Positions 1-8,311 of a stretch of DNA of 32,000 bases are shown here, one piece after another. The stretch comes from Haloferax volcanii DS2 (GTDB lineage: Archaea; Halobacteriota; Halobacteria; Halobacteriales; Haloferacaceae): positions 990,001-1,022,000 of the forward strand of contig NC_013967.1 in assembly GCF_000025685.1 (NCBI RefSeq), written 5' to 3'. The position numbers and the translations under genes are program-made. Position 1 is the stretch's first letter, and each line of letters opens with the position of its first letter. Under the pieces are notes generated by a model. That model saw only the letters and a program-made list of their open reading frames with translations. It made no database searches and was not told the DNA's origin.

Positions 1-365
1 TGAATCCACGGGTGGACCGACTCGTCGGTCTCGGTGCGGATGAAGTACTCGACGGCCTTCACGTCGTGGTTCGTCGCCGAGAAGCCCGCCGCGCCCTCGA
101 CTTCGAGTCGTTTCACGAGATCGGCGTCGTCGGCGTCGAACTCCTCGTAGAGCGCCCGGAGGCCGGCGCGCTCGCTCTCGGAGAACGAAAGCGGCGTCGC
201 GTCGAGGTCGGCGAGCGCGAGGAGGTACTCCGCTTCGACTTCAACGCGGGCGCGCATGAGGGCGGCCTCGCTCACGTGCGGTGCGAGGGGTGCGGTTCGG
301 GAGGCGTATCGCCCGTCGAGCGGGGACACCGCGTACAGCGGGTCGTGCCGGTCGGCGTCGGTCAT
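1..365 (-). CDS. purB: adenylosuccinate lyase, N-terminal ~121 codons (gene continues past the left edge)
   Basis: Absent from the ORF track because there is no stop in the window. The reverse complement from the ATG (complement of 363-365) reads MTDADRHDPLYAVSPLDGRYASRTAPLAPHVSEAALMRARVEVEAEYLLALADL... and stays open to position 1. The N-terminal 'SPLDGRY' motif is typical of PurB. Confidence 0.8.
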   Translation of the reverse strand, partial: MTDADRHDPLYAVSPLDGRYASRTAPLAPHVSEAALMRARVEVEAEYLLALADLDATPLSFSESERAGLRALYEEFDADDADLVKRLEVEGAAGFSATNHDVKAVEYFIRTETDESVHPWI

Positions 366-390
366 GTCTGGGTCGTCACGATGGGGGAGG

Positions 391-396
391 TTAAAC
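391..396 (-). promoter_or_regulatory. TATA-like box (GTTTAA on the minus strand) for purB
   Basis: This is the only AT-rich hexamer in a GC-rich context. Its centre lies ~28 nt upstream of the purB ATG, the spacing expected for leaderless haloarchaeal mRNAs. Confidence 0.4.
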
Positions 397-554
397 GCCG
401 GGGGTTCGTCGCCGCCGCGGAGGCGATACTTGCGCACATGTATGCCTACTCAGACGCACTCTACGGCTGCGTGTCGTCGCATATATACATAATCGAGCAT
501 ATATTACCGTCGAGGACCGCAACCACTTTGAGGGCCGCGAGTCCCCTTTCTCAC

Positions 555-2132
555 ATGGTCACCATCGCCGGTCTCGCGAGCAACCGCGGACGAAACCTTC
601 GCAACATCGCCGACCGCGCCCCCGGCGGGGCGGAACTCGGCGTCGTCGTCTCGAACAGCGCCGACGCGCCCGTCCTCGACTGGGCGGACGAACACGGTAT
701 CCCCAGCGAAGTCGTCGAACGCGGCGACGACGAGGCCCGCGAGTCCCACGAGGAGCGCATCCTCGACGCCCTCGCGGACTACGACTTCGACCTCGTCTGT
801 CTCGACGGCTACATGCGCGTGCTCACCTCGACGTTCCTCGACGCCGCGCCGACGACGCTCAACGTCCACCCATCGCTGCTCCCCGCGTTCCCCGGCATGG
901 ACGCCCACGAACAGGTCCTCGACGCCGGCGTCAAGACGACCGGCTGTACGGTTCACGTCGTCAACGAGGAGGTCGACGCCGGTCCCATCGTCACGCAGGA
1001 GGCCGTCCCGGTGTACACCGACGACGACGCCGACGACCTCAAATCGCGCGTCCTCTACGACGCCGAGTTCAAGGCCTACCCGCGCGCAGTCCGCTGGTTC
1101 GCCGAGGGCCGCGTGACGGTCGAAGACGACTCCGTCACCGTCGAGGGCGACGTCGACGCCGGGTTGCCCGAGCGCCGCGTCACCTCCGAGGACCGCTACG
1201 ACGAACTCCGATACGGCGAGAACCCCCATCAGGACGCCGCGGTCTACGTGGACGAGACGTGCGACGAGGCGTCGGTCGTCGGCGCGCCCCAACTCAACGA
1301 GGGCGCGAAGGGACTCTCGTACAACAACTACAACGACGCCGACGGCGCGCTGAACATCATCAAGGAGTTCGACGAGCCCGCCGCGGCGGTCATCAAGCAC
1401 ACGAACCCCGCCGGCTGTGCCACCGCCGACACGCTCGCTGAAGCCTACGCCGACGCCCTCGCCACCGACCCGATGAGCGCCTTCGGCGGCATCGTCGCGC
1501 TCAACCGCGAGTGCGACGCCGAGACGGCGGAACTCATCATCGACTCGTTCAAAGAAGTCGTCGTCGCGCCCGGCTACACCGACGACGCGCTCGACGTGCT
1601 GACCGAGAAGAAGAACCTTCGCGTCCTCAATGTGGGCGACCTCGGCGAGCGCACCGAGACCTACACCGAGAAGGCGCTCGTCGGCGGGCGGCTCGTTCAG
1701 GAGCGCGACCTCTGGACGCCGACGCTCGAGGACCTCGAAGTCGTCACCGAGACCGAACCCACGGACGAGCAGTTGGAGACGATGCTGTTCGCGTGGACGG
1801 TGCTGAAGCACGTGAAGTCCAACGGCATCCTCTTCGCCAAGGGAACCGAGACGGTCGGCGTCGGCATGGGGCAGGTCTCCCGCGTCGACGCGGTCGAACT
1901 CGCCGCGATGAAGGCCGAGGAACACGCCGAGGGCAAGGACGCGCAGGGTGCCGTCATGGCCTCCGACGCGTTCTTCCCGTTCCCGGACGGCGTGGAGAAG
2001 GCGGCCGACGCGGGTATCGAGGCGGTCATCCAGCCCGGCGGCTCGGTGAACGACGAGGACGTCATTGCGGCCTGCAACGAGCGCGGGATTGCGATGGTCT
2101 TCACCGGGCAGCGGTGCTTTAGACACGACTGA
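555..2132 (+). CDS. purNH: bifunctional GAR formyltransferase (PurN domain) / AICAR formyltransferase (PurH C-terminal domain)
   Basis: In-frame ATG at 555 inside track ORF 12..2132; the upstream part of that ORF is antisense to purB. The N-terminal ~195 aa carry PurN motifs (LNVHPSLLPAFPG, CTVHVVNEEVDAGPI). The rest is an AICARFT domain (YGENPHQ, IKHTNPAG, QPGGSVND). There is no MGS-like IMP cyclohydrolase domain. Confidence 0.9.
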   Translation: MVTIAGLASNRGRNLRNIADRAPGGAELGVVVSNSADAPVLDWADEHGIPSEVVERGDDEARESHEERILDALADYDFDLVCLDGYMRVLTSTFLDAAPTTLNVHPSLLPAFPGMDAHEQVLDAGVKTTGCTVHVVNEEVDAGPIVTQEAVPVYTDDDADDLKSRVLYDAEFKAYPRAVRWFAEGRVTVEDDSVTVEGDVDAGLPERRVTSEDRYDELRYGENPHQDAAVYVDETCDEASVVGAPQLNEGAKGLSYNNYNDADGALNIIKEFDEPAAAVIKHTNPAGCATADTLAEAYADALATDPMSAFGGIVALNRECDAETAELIIDSFKEVVVAPGYTDDALDVLTEKKNLRVLNVGDLGERTETYTEKALVGGRLVQERDLWTPTLEDLEVVTETEPTDEQLETMLFAWTVLKHVKSNGILFAKGTETVGVGMGQVSRVDAVELAAMKAEEHAEGKDAQGAVMASDAFFPFPDGVEKAADAGIEAVIQPGGSVNDEDVIAACNERGIAMVFTGQRCFRHD

Positions 2133-2245
2133 GCGAAGCGAGGGAGGGTCTAAAGCTCGGTGCGCGAGCAACGCGAGCCTCGCATAATTTCTGACACGAC
2201 AATCCACCGAGAGATTGATAACCGACTTTCCTGACGTTGGATGTA

Positions 2246-3001
2246 ATGTCATTTGATTGGAGTGAATTCGAGCACGTCACGAAAGTCGACCCGGCAAAAC
2301 GGCACCCCGAGTCCATCGATGTCCTCCGCCACACGGACGCCGTTATCGTCGGCGGTTCCGACGGCGTCACGGAGGAGAACTCGCTTGCGGTGTTTGAGCG
2401 ACTCCGCGCCGAGTTTCCCGACCTTCCGTTAGTCCAGGAACCGTACCGCTCGGCCCACGTTTCGAAGCGAACCGTCGAAGTTGCCGACGCCGTCTTCGTC
2501 CCGGCGGTCTACAACGGCGACAAGACGAATTTCGTCGAGAAACACGTCGGTTTCTTCACCGAACTCGCGCGGAAATCAGAGGACGTGACTGGGTCGGGGC
2601 TCCCGTTCGTCGGGAGCGTGCTCGCCTCGAAGGGTCGCGAACTCGTCGACGGTGTTGTCGGTGAGGGCTACGTCGTCCAGAACCCCGACTCGAAGGTCGC
2701 CGGACTGACGAACGTCGAGGAACACTACACCCCCGAACAGGTTGCAGGTGCCGCGCTGGCGACGGAGTCGTTCTACGGCTTCCCGATATTCTACATCGAG
2801 TACTCCGGACGCTACGTCGGCCCGGAAGACGTGTCGGCCGCGGCTCCATTTCTCGACGAGACGGCGTTACTCTACGGCGGCGGCATCCGGAGCAGGGCAC
2901 AGACCGATGAGATACTCGACGCCGGTGCCGACGCCGTCGTGGTGGGAGACTGCTTCCACGAGGATACGGAGCGCTTCTTGGAGACCGTTCCCACGACCTA
3001 A
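2246..3001 (+). CDS. geranylgeranylglyceryl phosphate synthase family (PcrB/GGGPS-like) prenyltransferase
   Basis: Track ORF 2237..3001. I prefer the ATG at 2246 (MSFDWSEFEHVTKVDP) to the TTG at 2237. The C-terminal motif LLYGGGIRS...AGADAVVVGD is typical of the TIM-barrel GGGPS/PcrB family. Confidence 0.75.
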   Translation: MSFDWSEFEHVTKVDPAKRHPESIDVLRHTDAVIVGGSDGVTEENSLAVFERLRAEFPDLPLVQEPYRSAHVSKRTVEVADAVFVPAVYNGDKTNFVEKHVGFFTELARKSEDVTGSGLPFVGSVLASKGRELVDGVVGEGYVVQNPDSKVAGLTNVEEHYTPEQVAGAALATESFYGFPIFYIEYSGRYVGPEDVSAAAPFLDETALLYGGGIRSRAQTDEILDAGADAVVVGDCFHEDTERFLETVPTT

Positions 3002-3046
3002 CACCGACGGTGTCCCTTCAAGTGTCGGCGAGGCGAACACAGAGGT

Positions 3047-3472
3047 ATGTACGAACACATCCTCGTGCCGACCGACGGGAGCGAAGGGACGATGCAGGCA
3101 ATCGAGCACGCGCTTGAACTCGCGGGGGACGAGTCGACGGTCCACGTGCTGTCGGTCGTCGACCAGCGGGTGTACCTCGCCGCGGGCGGCGACCAGCAGG
3201 ACGCCGTCATCCAGTCGCTCCGCGACGACGCGGTCGATGCGGTCGAGCGGTGCGCCGAGAAGTGCGAGGGGAAGGCGTCGACGACGACGGCGATTCGAGA
3301 CGGCGTTCCCCATCGAGTCATCCTCGACTACGCCGACGAACACGGCGCCGACGTGGTCGTGATGGGGACCCACGGGCGGACCGGTCGCGACAAGCTCACG
3401 TCGCTCGGGAGCGTCACCGAGCGCGTTATCGAGAACGCGAAGCGCCCGGTGCTCGTCGTCCACATCGACTGA
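3047..3472 (+). CDS. universal stress protein (UspA family)
   Basis: 141 aa. It begins MYEHILVPTDGSE and ends with VVMGTHGRTGRDKLTSLGSVTERVIENAKRPVLVV, the canonical Usp ATP-binding C-terminus. Confidence 0.9.
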   Translation: MYEHILVPTDGSEGTMQAIEHALELAGDESTVHVLSVVDQRVYLAAGGDQQDAVIQSLRDDAVDAVERCAEKCEGKASTTTAIRDGVPHRVILDYADEHGADVVVMGTHGRTGRDKLTSLGSVTERVIENAKRPVLVVHID

Positions 3473-3597
3473 GCGCGGCGCTATCGAGCGGTTGTCGGTG
3501 CGTTGGCGGCGGCCCCGTGGGCGACCCCGTCCGGCGTCGTGTCGCAGGAGTGACGTGGAGCGTTAGGCCTAAGCCCACCGTCCGGTTTCTCACGCGT

Positions 3598-6114
3598 ATG
3601 GAGTACCACGAGGCGGTGAACTTCCTTTTCGACCTCCGGCGGTTTCAGGTCAAGCCGGGGACCGAGTCGATTCGGCGGTTGCTCTCTCACCTCGGCGACC
3701 CCCACGAAGGCGTGTCGTTCGTGCAGGTCGCGGGGTCGAACGGAAAGGGAAGCACCGCCCGGATGGTCGACGCGATGCTGCGCGAGTCGGGCGCGCACGT
3801 CGGCCTCTACACCTCGCCGCACTTCGACGACGTGCGGGAGCGCGTCCGCGTCGACGGCCGGAAGATTCCGAAGTCCGCGCTGTCGGCGTTCGTGGCCGAA
3901 GCCAAGCCGTACCTCGTCGAGCGGGCCGCCGACGGCGAGCCGCTGACCTTCTTCGAGACCGTGACCGCGCTCGCGCTGTGGTACTTCGACCGCGCGGGCG
4001 TCGACGTGGCGGTGCTCGAAGTCGGGATGGGCGGCGAACTCGACGCGACGAGCGCCGTCGACCCCGTCGCCAGCGCCGTCACCAACGTCTCGCTCGAACA
4101 CACCGCGGTCCTCGGCGACACGGTCGCGGAAATCGCGAAGACGAAAGCCGCCGTCGCGCCCGCCGACGCGCCGCTCGTGACCGGGACGACCGGCGAGGCG
4201 CTGTCGGTCATCCGCGAGGAGGCCGGCGACGTGTTGACCGTCGGGGACGCCGACGCCGACTCGGACGCGGACGTTCGCGTCTCCTACGGCGGCCGCGTCA
4301 ACCACCAGGAGGCCGCCGTCACCGTCGAGACCGACGCCGAGACGCTCGACGTTCGCATCCCGCTTTTGGGCGCGTATCAGGCACGGAACGCCGGCATCGC
4401 CGTCTCGCTCGCCCGGCAGGTTCGCCCGGATATCGACGCGGAGGCGATTCACCGCGGCCTCCGAAACGCCCACTGGCCGGGTCGGTTCGAGGTCATGGGT
4501 ACGGAGCCGACGGTCGTCCTCGACGGCGCGCACAACCCCGACGCCTGCGCGCAGGTCGCCACCGTCCTCGATGAGTTCGACTACGACGACCTCCATCTCG
4601 TCTACGGCGCGATGCACGACAAGGACCACGGCGAGATGGTCGGGGCGCTCCCGGAGGTGGCGTCCGTCGTCACCTGCAAGGCGGACATCTCGCGGGGCGA
4701 GGACCCCGAGATACTGTCGTCCGTCTTCGAGCGACTCAACGGCCCCGCAGTCGAGACCGGCGGCGCGGTCGCCGCGGCGCTCGACCGGGCGCGCGCCCGC
4801 GCCGACCCCGACGACTGCGTGCTCGTCGTCGGCTCGCTGTACGTCGTCGCCGAGGCGCGGACCACGTGGACGCGGGCGGTCGTCCCGAAGACTCACCGCA
4901 CACTCGACGACGCCCGACGGACCCTCGACCGCGCGAACGTCGCTGACGCCGCCGAACGGAGCGAACGCGCGAGGCGGGCGGTCAACAGAACGGTCCACAC
5001 GCGCGTCCAGCGCCGGCAGGCGCGGGTGCTCCGCGAGGAACTGCTGTCCGTCGGCGGCGACTGCGCCGTCTCGGGCCACGAGTTCGGCGGCGAACTCGTC
5101 GACGTGGTCCTGACCGGGACGCTCGACCAGTTCGAGCGCCTGACGGCGGCCCTCGAAGACCCACCGTACGCGCTCGCGGGGGTCGCAGCCGAGATTCGCG
5201 AGACGCTCGACATCGAGGCGGCTGACGCCGGCGAAGACGACGAGCGCGGCGCGGGCGACGCGAGCGACGCCGGCCATGACGACTACCCGTGGAACGACGG
5301 CACGGCCGTCATGGGCATCCTGAACGTGACGCCGAACAGTTTCCACGACGGCGGGGAGTTCTACGATATCGACGACGCCGTCGAGCAGGCGCGGGCGATG
5401 GTCGACGCCGGCGTCGACATCATCGACGTGGGCGGCGAGAGCACCCGCCCCGGCGCGGACGAGGTCCCGGTCGACGAGGAGATTCGCCGCGTCGCGCCCG
5501 TCATCGAGGCCATCGCCGACCTCGACGTGCTCGTGTCCGTGGACACCCGCAAGGCCGCGGTCGGCGCGGCCGCCCTCGACGCCGGCGCGGACATCCTCAA
5601 CGACGTGACCGGCCTCGAAGACCCCGAGATGCGCTTCCTCGCGGCCGAGCGAGGCGCGCCGGTCATCGTGATGCACAGCATCGACGCCCCGGTCGACCCG
5701 TCTCGCGAAGTCGACTACGACGACGTGGTCGAGGACGTCATCGACGAACTGACCGAGCTGGTGTTGCTCGCCGAGAAGGCGGGCATCCCGCGGCGGAACC
5801 TCATCGTCGACCCCGGTCTCGGCTTCGGGAAGTCGAAGGCCGAGAACTTCGAACTTCTCGGGCGCACCGACGAGTTCGCCGCGCTCGGCTGTCCGATTCT
5901 CGTCGGCCACTCCCACAAGTCGATGTTCTCGCTCGTCGGCGAGGAGCCCGGCGACAACCTCGCGGCGACCGTCGCGGGCACGGCAATCGCCGCCGACCGC
6001 GGGGCCGACATCGTCCGCGTCCACGACGTGCCGGAGAACGTCGCGGCCGTGAACGTCGCGCTCGCCTCCCGGGACCCGAACCGGTTCGAAGCCGACGCCG
6101 AGCGCGAAGACTGA
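3598..6114 (+). CDS. folCP: folylpolyglutamate/dihydrofolate synthase (FolC) fused to dihydropteroate synthase (FolP)
   Basis: In-frame ATG at 3598 (MEYHEAVNFLFDL...) inside track ORF 3250..6114. The N-terminal half has the Mur-ligase P-loop VAGSNGKGST. The C-terminal part has DHPS motifs (GILNVTPNSFHDGG, DVGGESTRPG, DPGLGFGK). About 140 aa of unassigned sequence lie between the two domains. Confidence 0.9.
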   Translation: MEYHEAVNFLFDLRRFQVKPGTESIRRLLSHLGDPHEGVSFVQVAGSNGKGSTARMVDAMLRESGAHVGLYTSPHFDDVRERVRVDGRKIPKSALSAFVAEAKPYLVERAADGEPLTFFETVTALALWYFDRAGVDVAVLEVGMGGELDATSAVDPVASAVTNVSLEHTAVLGDTVAEIAKTKAAVAPADAPLVTGTTGEALSVIREEAGDVLTVGDADADSDADVRVSYGGRVNHQEAAVTVETDAETLDVRIPLLGAYQARNAGIAVSLARQVRPDIDAEAIHRGLRNAHWPGRFEVMGTEPTVVLDGAHNPDACAQVATVLDEFDYDDLHLVYGAMHDKDHGEMVGALPEVASVVTCKADISRGEDPEILSSVFERLNGPAVETGGAVAAALDRARARADPDDCVLVVGSLYVVAEARTTWTRAVVPKTHRTLDDARRTLDRANVADAAERSERARRAVNRTVHTRVQRRQARVLREELLSVGGDCAVSGHEFGGELVDVVLTGTLDQFERLTAALEDPPYALAGVAAEIRETLDIEAADAGEDDERGAGDASDAGHDDYPWNDGTAVMGILNVTPNSFHDGGEFYDIDDAVEQARAMVDAGVDIIDVGGESTRPGADEVPVDEEIRRVAPVIEAIADLDVLVSVDTRKAAVGAAALDAGADILNDVTGLEDPEMRFLAAERGAPVIVMHSIDAPVDPSREVDYDDVVEDVIDELTELVLLAEKAGIPRRNLIVDPGLGFGKSKAENFELLGRTDEFAALGCPILVGHSHKSMFSLVGEEPGDNLAATVAGTAIAADRGADIVRVHDVPENVAAVNVALASRDPNRFEADAERED

Positions 6115-6130
6115 GGGGCGAGCGCCGGCG

Positions 6131-6154
6131 CGTCGGGTCGAAACCGACGTTTTT
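6131..6154 (+). terminator. hairpin plus T5 tract downstream of folCP
   Basis: CGTCGG (6131-6136) pairs with CCGACG (6144-6149) across a 7-nt loop and is followed directly by TTTTT (6150-6154). It starts 17 nt after the folCP stop. Confidence 0.5.
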
Positions 6155-6180
6155 CTGCGCCGAGTGCCTACGCTTTCCTC

Positions 6181-6933
6181 GTGTGCACACTCATCCTCGC
6201 GTGGCAGGTGTTCGAGGACGCGCCGGTCGTCGTCGCCGCCAACCGCGACGAGCAACTCGGCAGGCCCGCCGAGCCGCCCCGGCGGTGGGAAAACGGCGAC
6301 GGTCCCGCAATCGTCGCCCCGCGGGACGCCGAGGCCGGCGGAACGTGGGTCGGCTACAACGACGCGGGCGTCTTCGTCGGCATCACCAACCGCTGGGTCG
6401 AGGTCGAGGGCGGCGGCGAACGCTCCCGGGGCCATCTCGTCCGCGACGCGCTCCGCCGCGAGACCGCCGAGGACGCGGCCCGGTTCGTCGAGCATGCGGT
6501 CGAGGACGACAGCTACGACGGCTTCAACCTCGTCGTCGCCGACGAGAACGCCGCGCTGTTCTTCGAGTGGGACGGCAGTCTGTCGGTTCGGAACGTCGAC
6601 CCCGGCGTCCGCGTCGTCGTCAACGTCGGCACGCCCGAGTCGTGGTTCGTCCCCGAGCGACACCCCGAGGTGGGGAAGCGGCAGGCCGACAACGCCCGGC
6701 GGCTGGAGGAGGCCCTTCAGCCCGAGCCGAGCGAGTCGGTGGAAGCGTGGTGCGAGCGAGCGAAGGCGGCGCTGGGCGACCACGACTTCGGCGTCTGCGT
6801 CCACGACCCGGAGGGTCGGTTCGGCACGCGCTCGTCGTCGGTCATCGCGCTCGGCGAGGCGGAGTTCGCGTACGAATTCGCCGACGGCCCGCCGTGTCAG
6901 ACCGCCTTCGAACCGGTCGAACGTCAGGATTAA
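6181..6933 (+). CDS. NRDE-family (TANGO2-like, DUF833) protein
   Basis: GTG start giving MCTLILAW..., followed by VVAANRDE. The N-terminal Met-Cys and the NRDE motif define this family. Confidence 0.8.
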   Translation: MCTLILAWQVFEDAPVVVAANRDEQLGRPAEPPRRWENGDGPAIVAPRDAEAGGTWVGYNDAGVFVGITNRWVEVEGGGERSRGHLVRDALRRETAEDAARFVEHAVEDDSYDGFNLVVADENAALFFEWDGSLSVRNVDPGVRVVVNVGTPESWFVPERHPEVGKRQADNARRLEEALQPEPSESVEAWCERAKAALGDHDFGVCVHDPEGRFGTRSSSVIALGEAEFAYEFADGPPCQTAFEPVERQD

Positions 6934-6958
6934 ACCGCTCGCACGACGTGTAGATGGT

Positions 6959-7312
6959 ATGAGCGCGAGCGAAGCCGAGCAAGACCTTTCTTCCGACGAG
7001 CGCGCGGGACTGGAACTCATCCGCGAGTCGGGCGGCATCCACCAGAGCGACTTCTGGAAAGAACTCGACATCTCCTCCCGGAAGGGGAGCCGCATCGCCG
7101 AGGTGCTGGAGTCGCTCGGTCTCATCAAGCGGACCGAGACCGTCTACAACGGCCACACCACCTACTACCTCGAACCCGCCGCGCGCGACCTCGACTTCTC
7201 GATGCTGATGGCCGGCGACATGCTCTCGCCGCTCATCGGCGAAGAGGAGATTAACGCCAACAGCAACGCCTTCTCGCAGTGGCTCATGAACCTCGCCTAC
7301 GAGGAGTACTGA
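6959..7312 (+). CDS. small winged-helix DNA-binding protein (MarR/Lrp-like HTH)
   Basis: In-frame ATG at 6959 inside track ORF 6164..7312: MSASEAEQDLSSDERAGLELIRESGGIHQSDFWKELDISSRKGSRIAEVLESLGLIKRTE... This is an HTH pattern of ~117 aa. The upstream part of the track ORF is out of frame with the NRDE gene. Confidence 0.65.
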   Translation: MSASEAEQDLSSDERAGLELIRESGGIHQSDFWKELDISSRKGSRIAEVLESLGLIKRTETVYNGHTTYYLEPAARDLDFSMLMAGDMLSPLIGEEEINANSNAFSQWLMNLAYEEY

Positions 7313-7352
7313 GCCGCCCGGGGTCGCTCTCCGTGGCCCGCTAGACGACCGC

Positions 7353-7405
7353 GTTTCCGGTTCTGTTTCCGGTCCGTTTTCCTTCCGTCCGGGTCTGTTT
7401 TCATC
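7353..7405 (+). terminator. array of oligo-T tracts with ~11-nt periodicity downstream of the wHTH gene
   Basis: GTTTCCGGTTCT GTTTCCGGTCC GTTTTCCTTCC GTCCGGGTCT GTTTTCATCC. These are repeated T3-T4 runs, the signal type used for archaeal termination. Confidence 0.4.
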
Positions 7406-7530
7406 CCATCCAGCGTCTCGCTTGCACCCATGAGCGACCGTGAGCGACGCGACCGCTCCGCCCGCCGCGTCCGAGCAGACGGCGCAGTCGCTCGGGGGAT
7501 GGGAGTCGAAGAAGAACGCGCGAGAACGGG

Positions 7531-7547
7531 AACCGCGGGACGCGGTT
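7531..7547 (-). terminator. hairpin abutting the psmA stop codon
   Basis: AACCGCG-GGA-CGCGGTT forms a 7-bp perfect stem. On the minus strand it starts at the psmA stop and is followed by a pyrimidine/U-rich stretch (CCCGUUCUCGCGCGUUCUUCUUC). Confidence 0.35.
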
Positions 7548-8305
7548 TACTCTTCGGTCTGTTCGTCGTCCTCGGTCGCCAACAGGTCGTTGGCTTCGAG
7601 GTAGCTCTCGATTTCGTCGTTAGACAGCTCGACGAAGCGCTCCGTCTCCGCGGAGACGGTCGCCACGTCGACGCCGTCGGGCGCGGTGCCCTCGTCGCTG
7701 GTCGAGGCGATGGCCTCCAGCGCGAGTTCGATACCCTCGTCGAGGGTCAGGTCGTCGCGGAAGTTCTCTTCGAGGTGCTCTTGGTGGTCGCCGCGGTCGG
7801 CCCCGATGGAGACGGCCTTCCACTCGTAGGGGGTCCCCGAGGGGTCGGTCTCGTAGAGGCGGGGGGTACCGTTTTCGACGCCGCCGATGAGGAGCGCGAC
7901 GCCGAACGGGCGCGCGCCGCCGACCTGCGTGTACTGCTGGATGTGGTCGGTGACTTCCTTGGTCAGCGTCTCGATGCCGATGGGTTCGCCGTAGCGGAGG
8001 CGGTTGACCTGTGACTGGCGGCGGGCGAAGTCGATGAGCTGACGGGCGTCGGCGACGTGGCCGGCGCTCGCGATGCCGATGTGGTCGTCCGCCTTGTGAA
8101 TCTTCTCGACGCTCGTCGGTTCCATCAGCGGCGAGCGAGAGCGCTTGTCCGCCGCGAGGACGACGCCCTCGGGCGTTCGCACGCCGATGCTCGCGGTGCC
8201 GCGCTTGACGGCCTCACGAGCGTATTCGACCTGATAGAGTCGACCATCCGGCGAGAAGATCGTAATCCCGCGGTCGTACGCCTGTTGTTGCGCTTGTCCC
8301 TGCAT
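7547..8305 (-). CDS. psmA: proteasome alpha subunit
   Basis: 252 aa, starting MQGQAQQQAYDRGITIFSPDGRLYQVEYAREAVKRG. This is the canonical 20S alpha N-terminus, and the protein has an acidic C-terminal tail. Confidence 0.97.
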   Translation of the reverse strand: MQGQAQQQAYDRGITIFSPDGRLYQVEYAREAVKRGTASIGVRTPEGVVLAADKRSRSPLMEPTSVEKIHKADDHIGIASAGHVADARQLIDFARRQSQVNRLRYGEPIGIETLTKEVTDHIQQYTQVGGARPFGVALLIGGVENGTPRLYETDPSGTPYEWKAVSIGADRGDHQEHLEENFRDDLTLDEGIELALEAIASTSDEGTAPDGVDVATVSAETERFVELSNDEIESYLEANDLLATEDDEQTEE

Positions 8306-8311
8306 GGAATA

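Noticed and set aside
2133-2245. GC-rich repeats GCGAAGCGAGGGAGGG … GCGCGAGCAACGCGAGCCTCGC after purNH, and the 13-bp palindrome ACACCGACGGTGT (3001-3013) before usp
   Set aside because: These are short and of a kind expected by chance in ~66% GC DNA. The stems have loops that are too short or arms under 6 bp. I could not tie them to a promoter or terminator position with any confidence.
504-2252. 582-aa minus-strand ORF opposite purNH
   Set aside because: It is antisense to a gene with clear PurN and AICARFT motifs. The composition is low-complexity and Arg/Gly/Val-rich.
3250-3597. Upstream extension of the folCP ORF overlapping the usp gene
   Set aside because: It is out of frame with the well-supported Usp, Arg-rich, and a typical FolC N-terminus begins at ATG 3598. 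The palindrome TTAGGCCTAA (3563-3572), centred 30.5 nt before that ATG, may be a promoter element. It is too GC-rich for me to call.
3481-7128. 1215-aa ORF on the minus strand, the longest in the track
   Set aside because: It is antisense to the well-supported folCP and NRDE genes. Its translation is Arg/Gly/Asp/Val/Pro-rich with no recognisable motif. This is the typical stop-codon-poor antisense frame of high-GC DNA.
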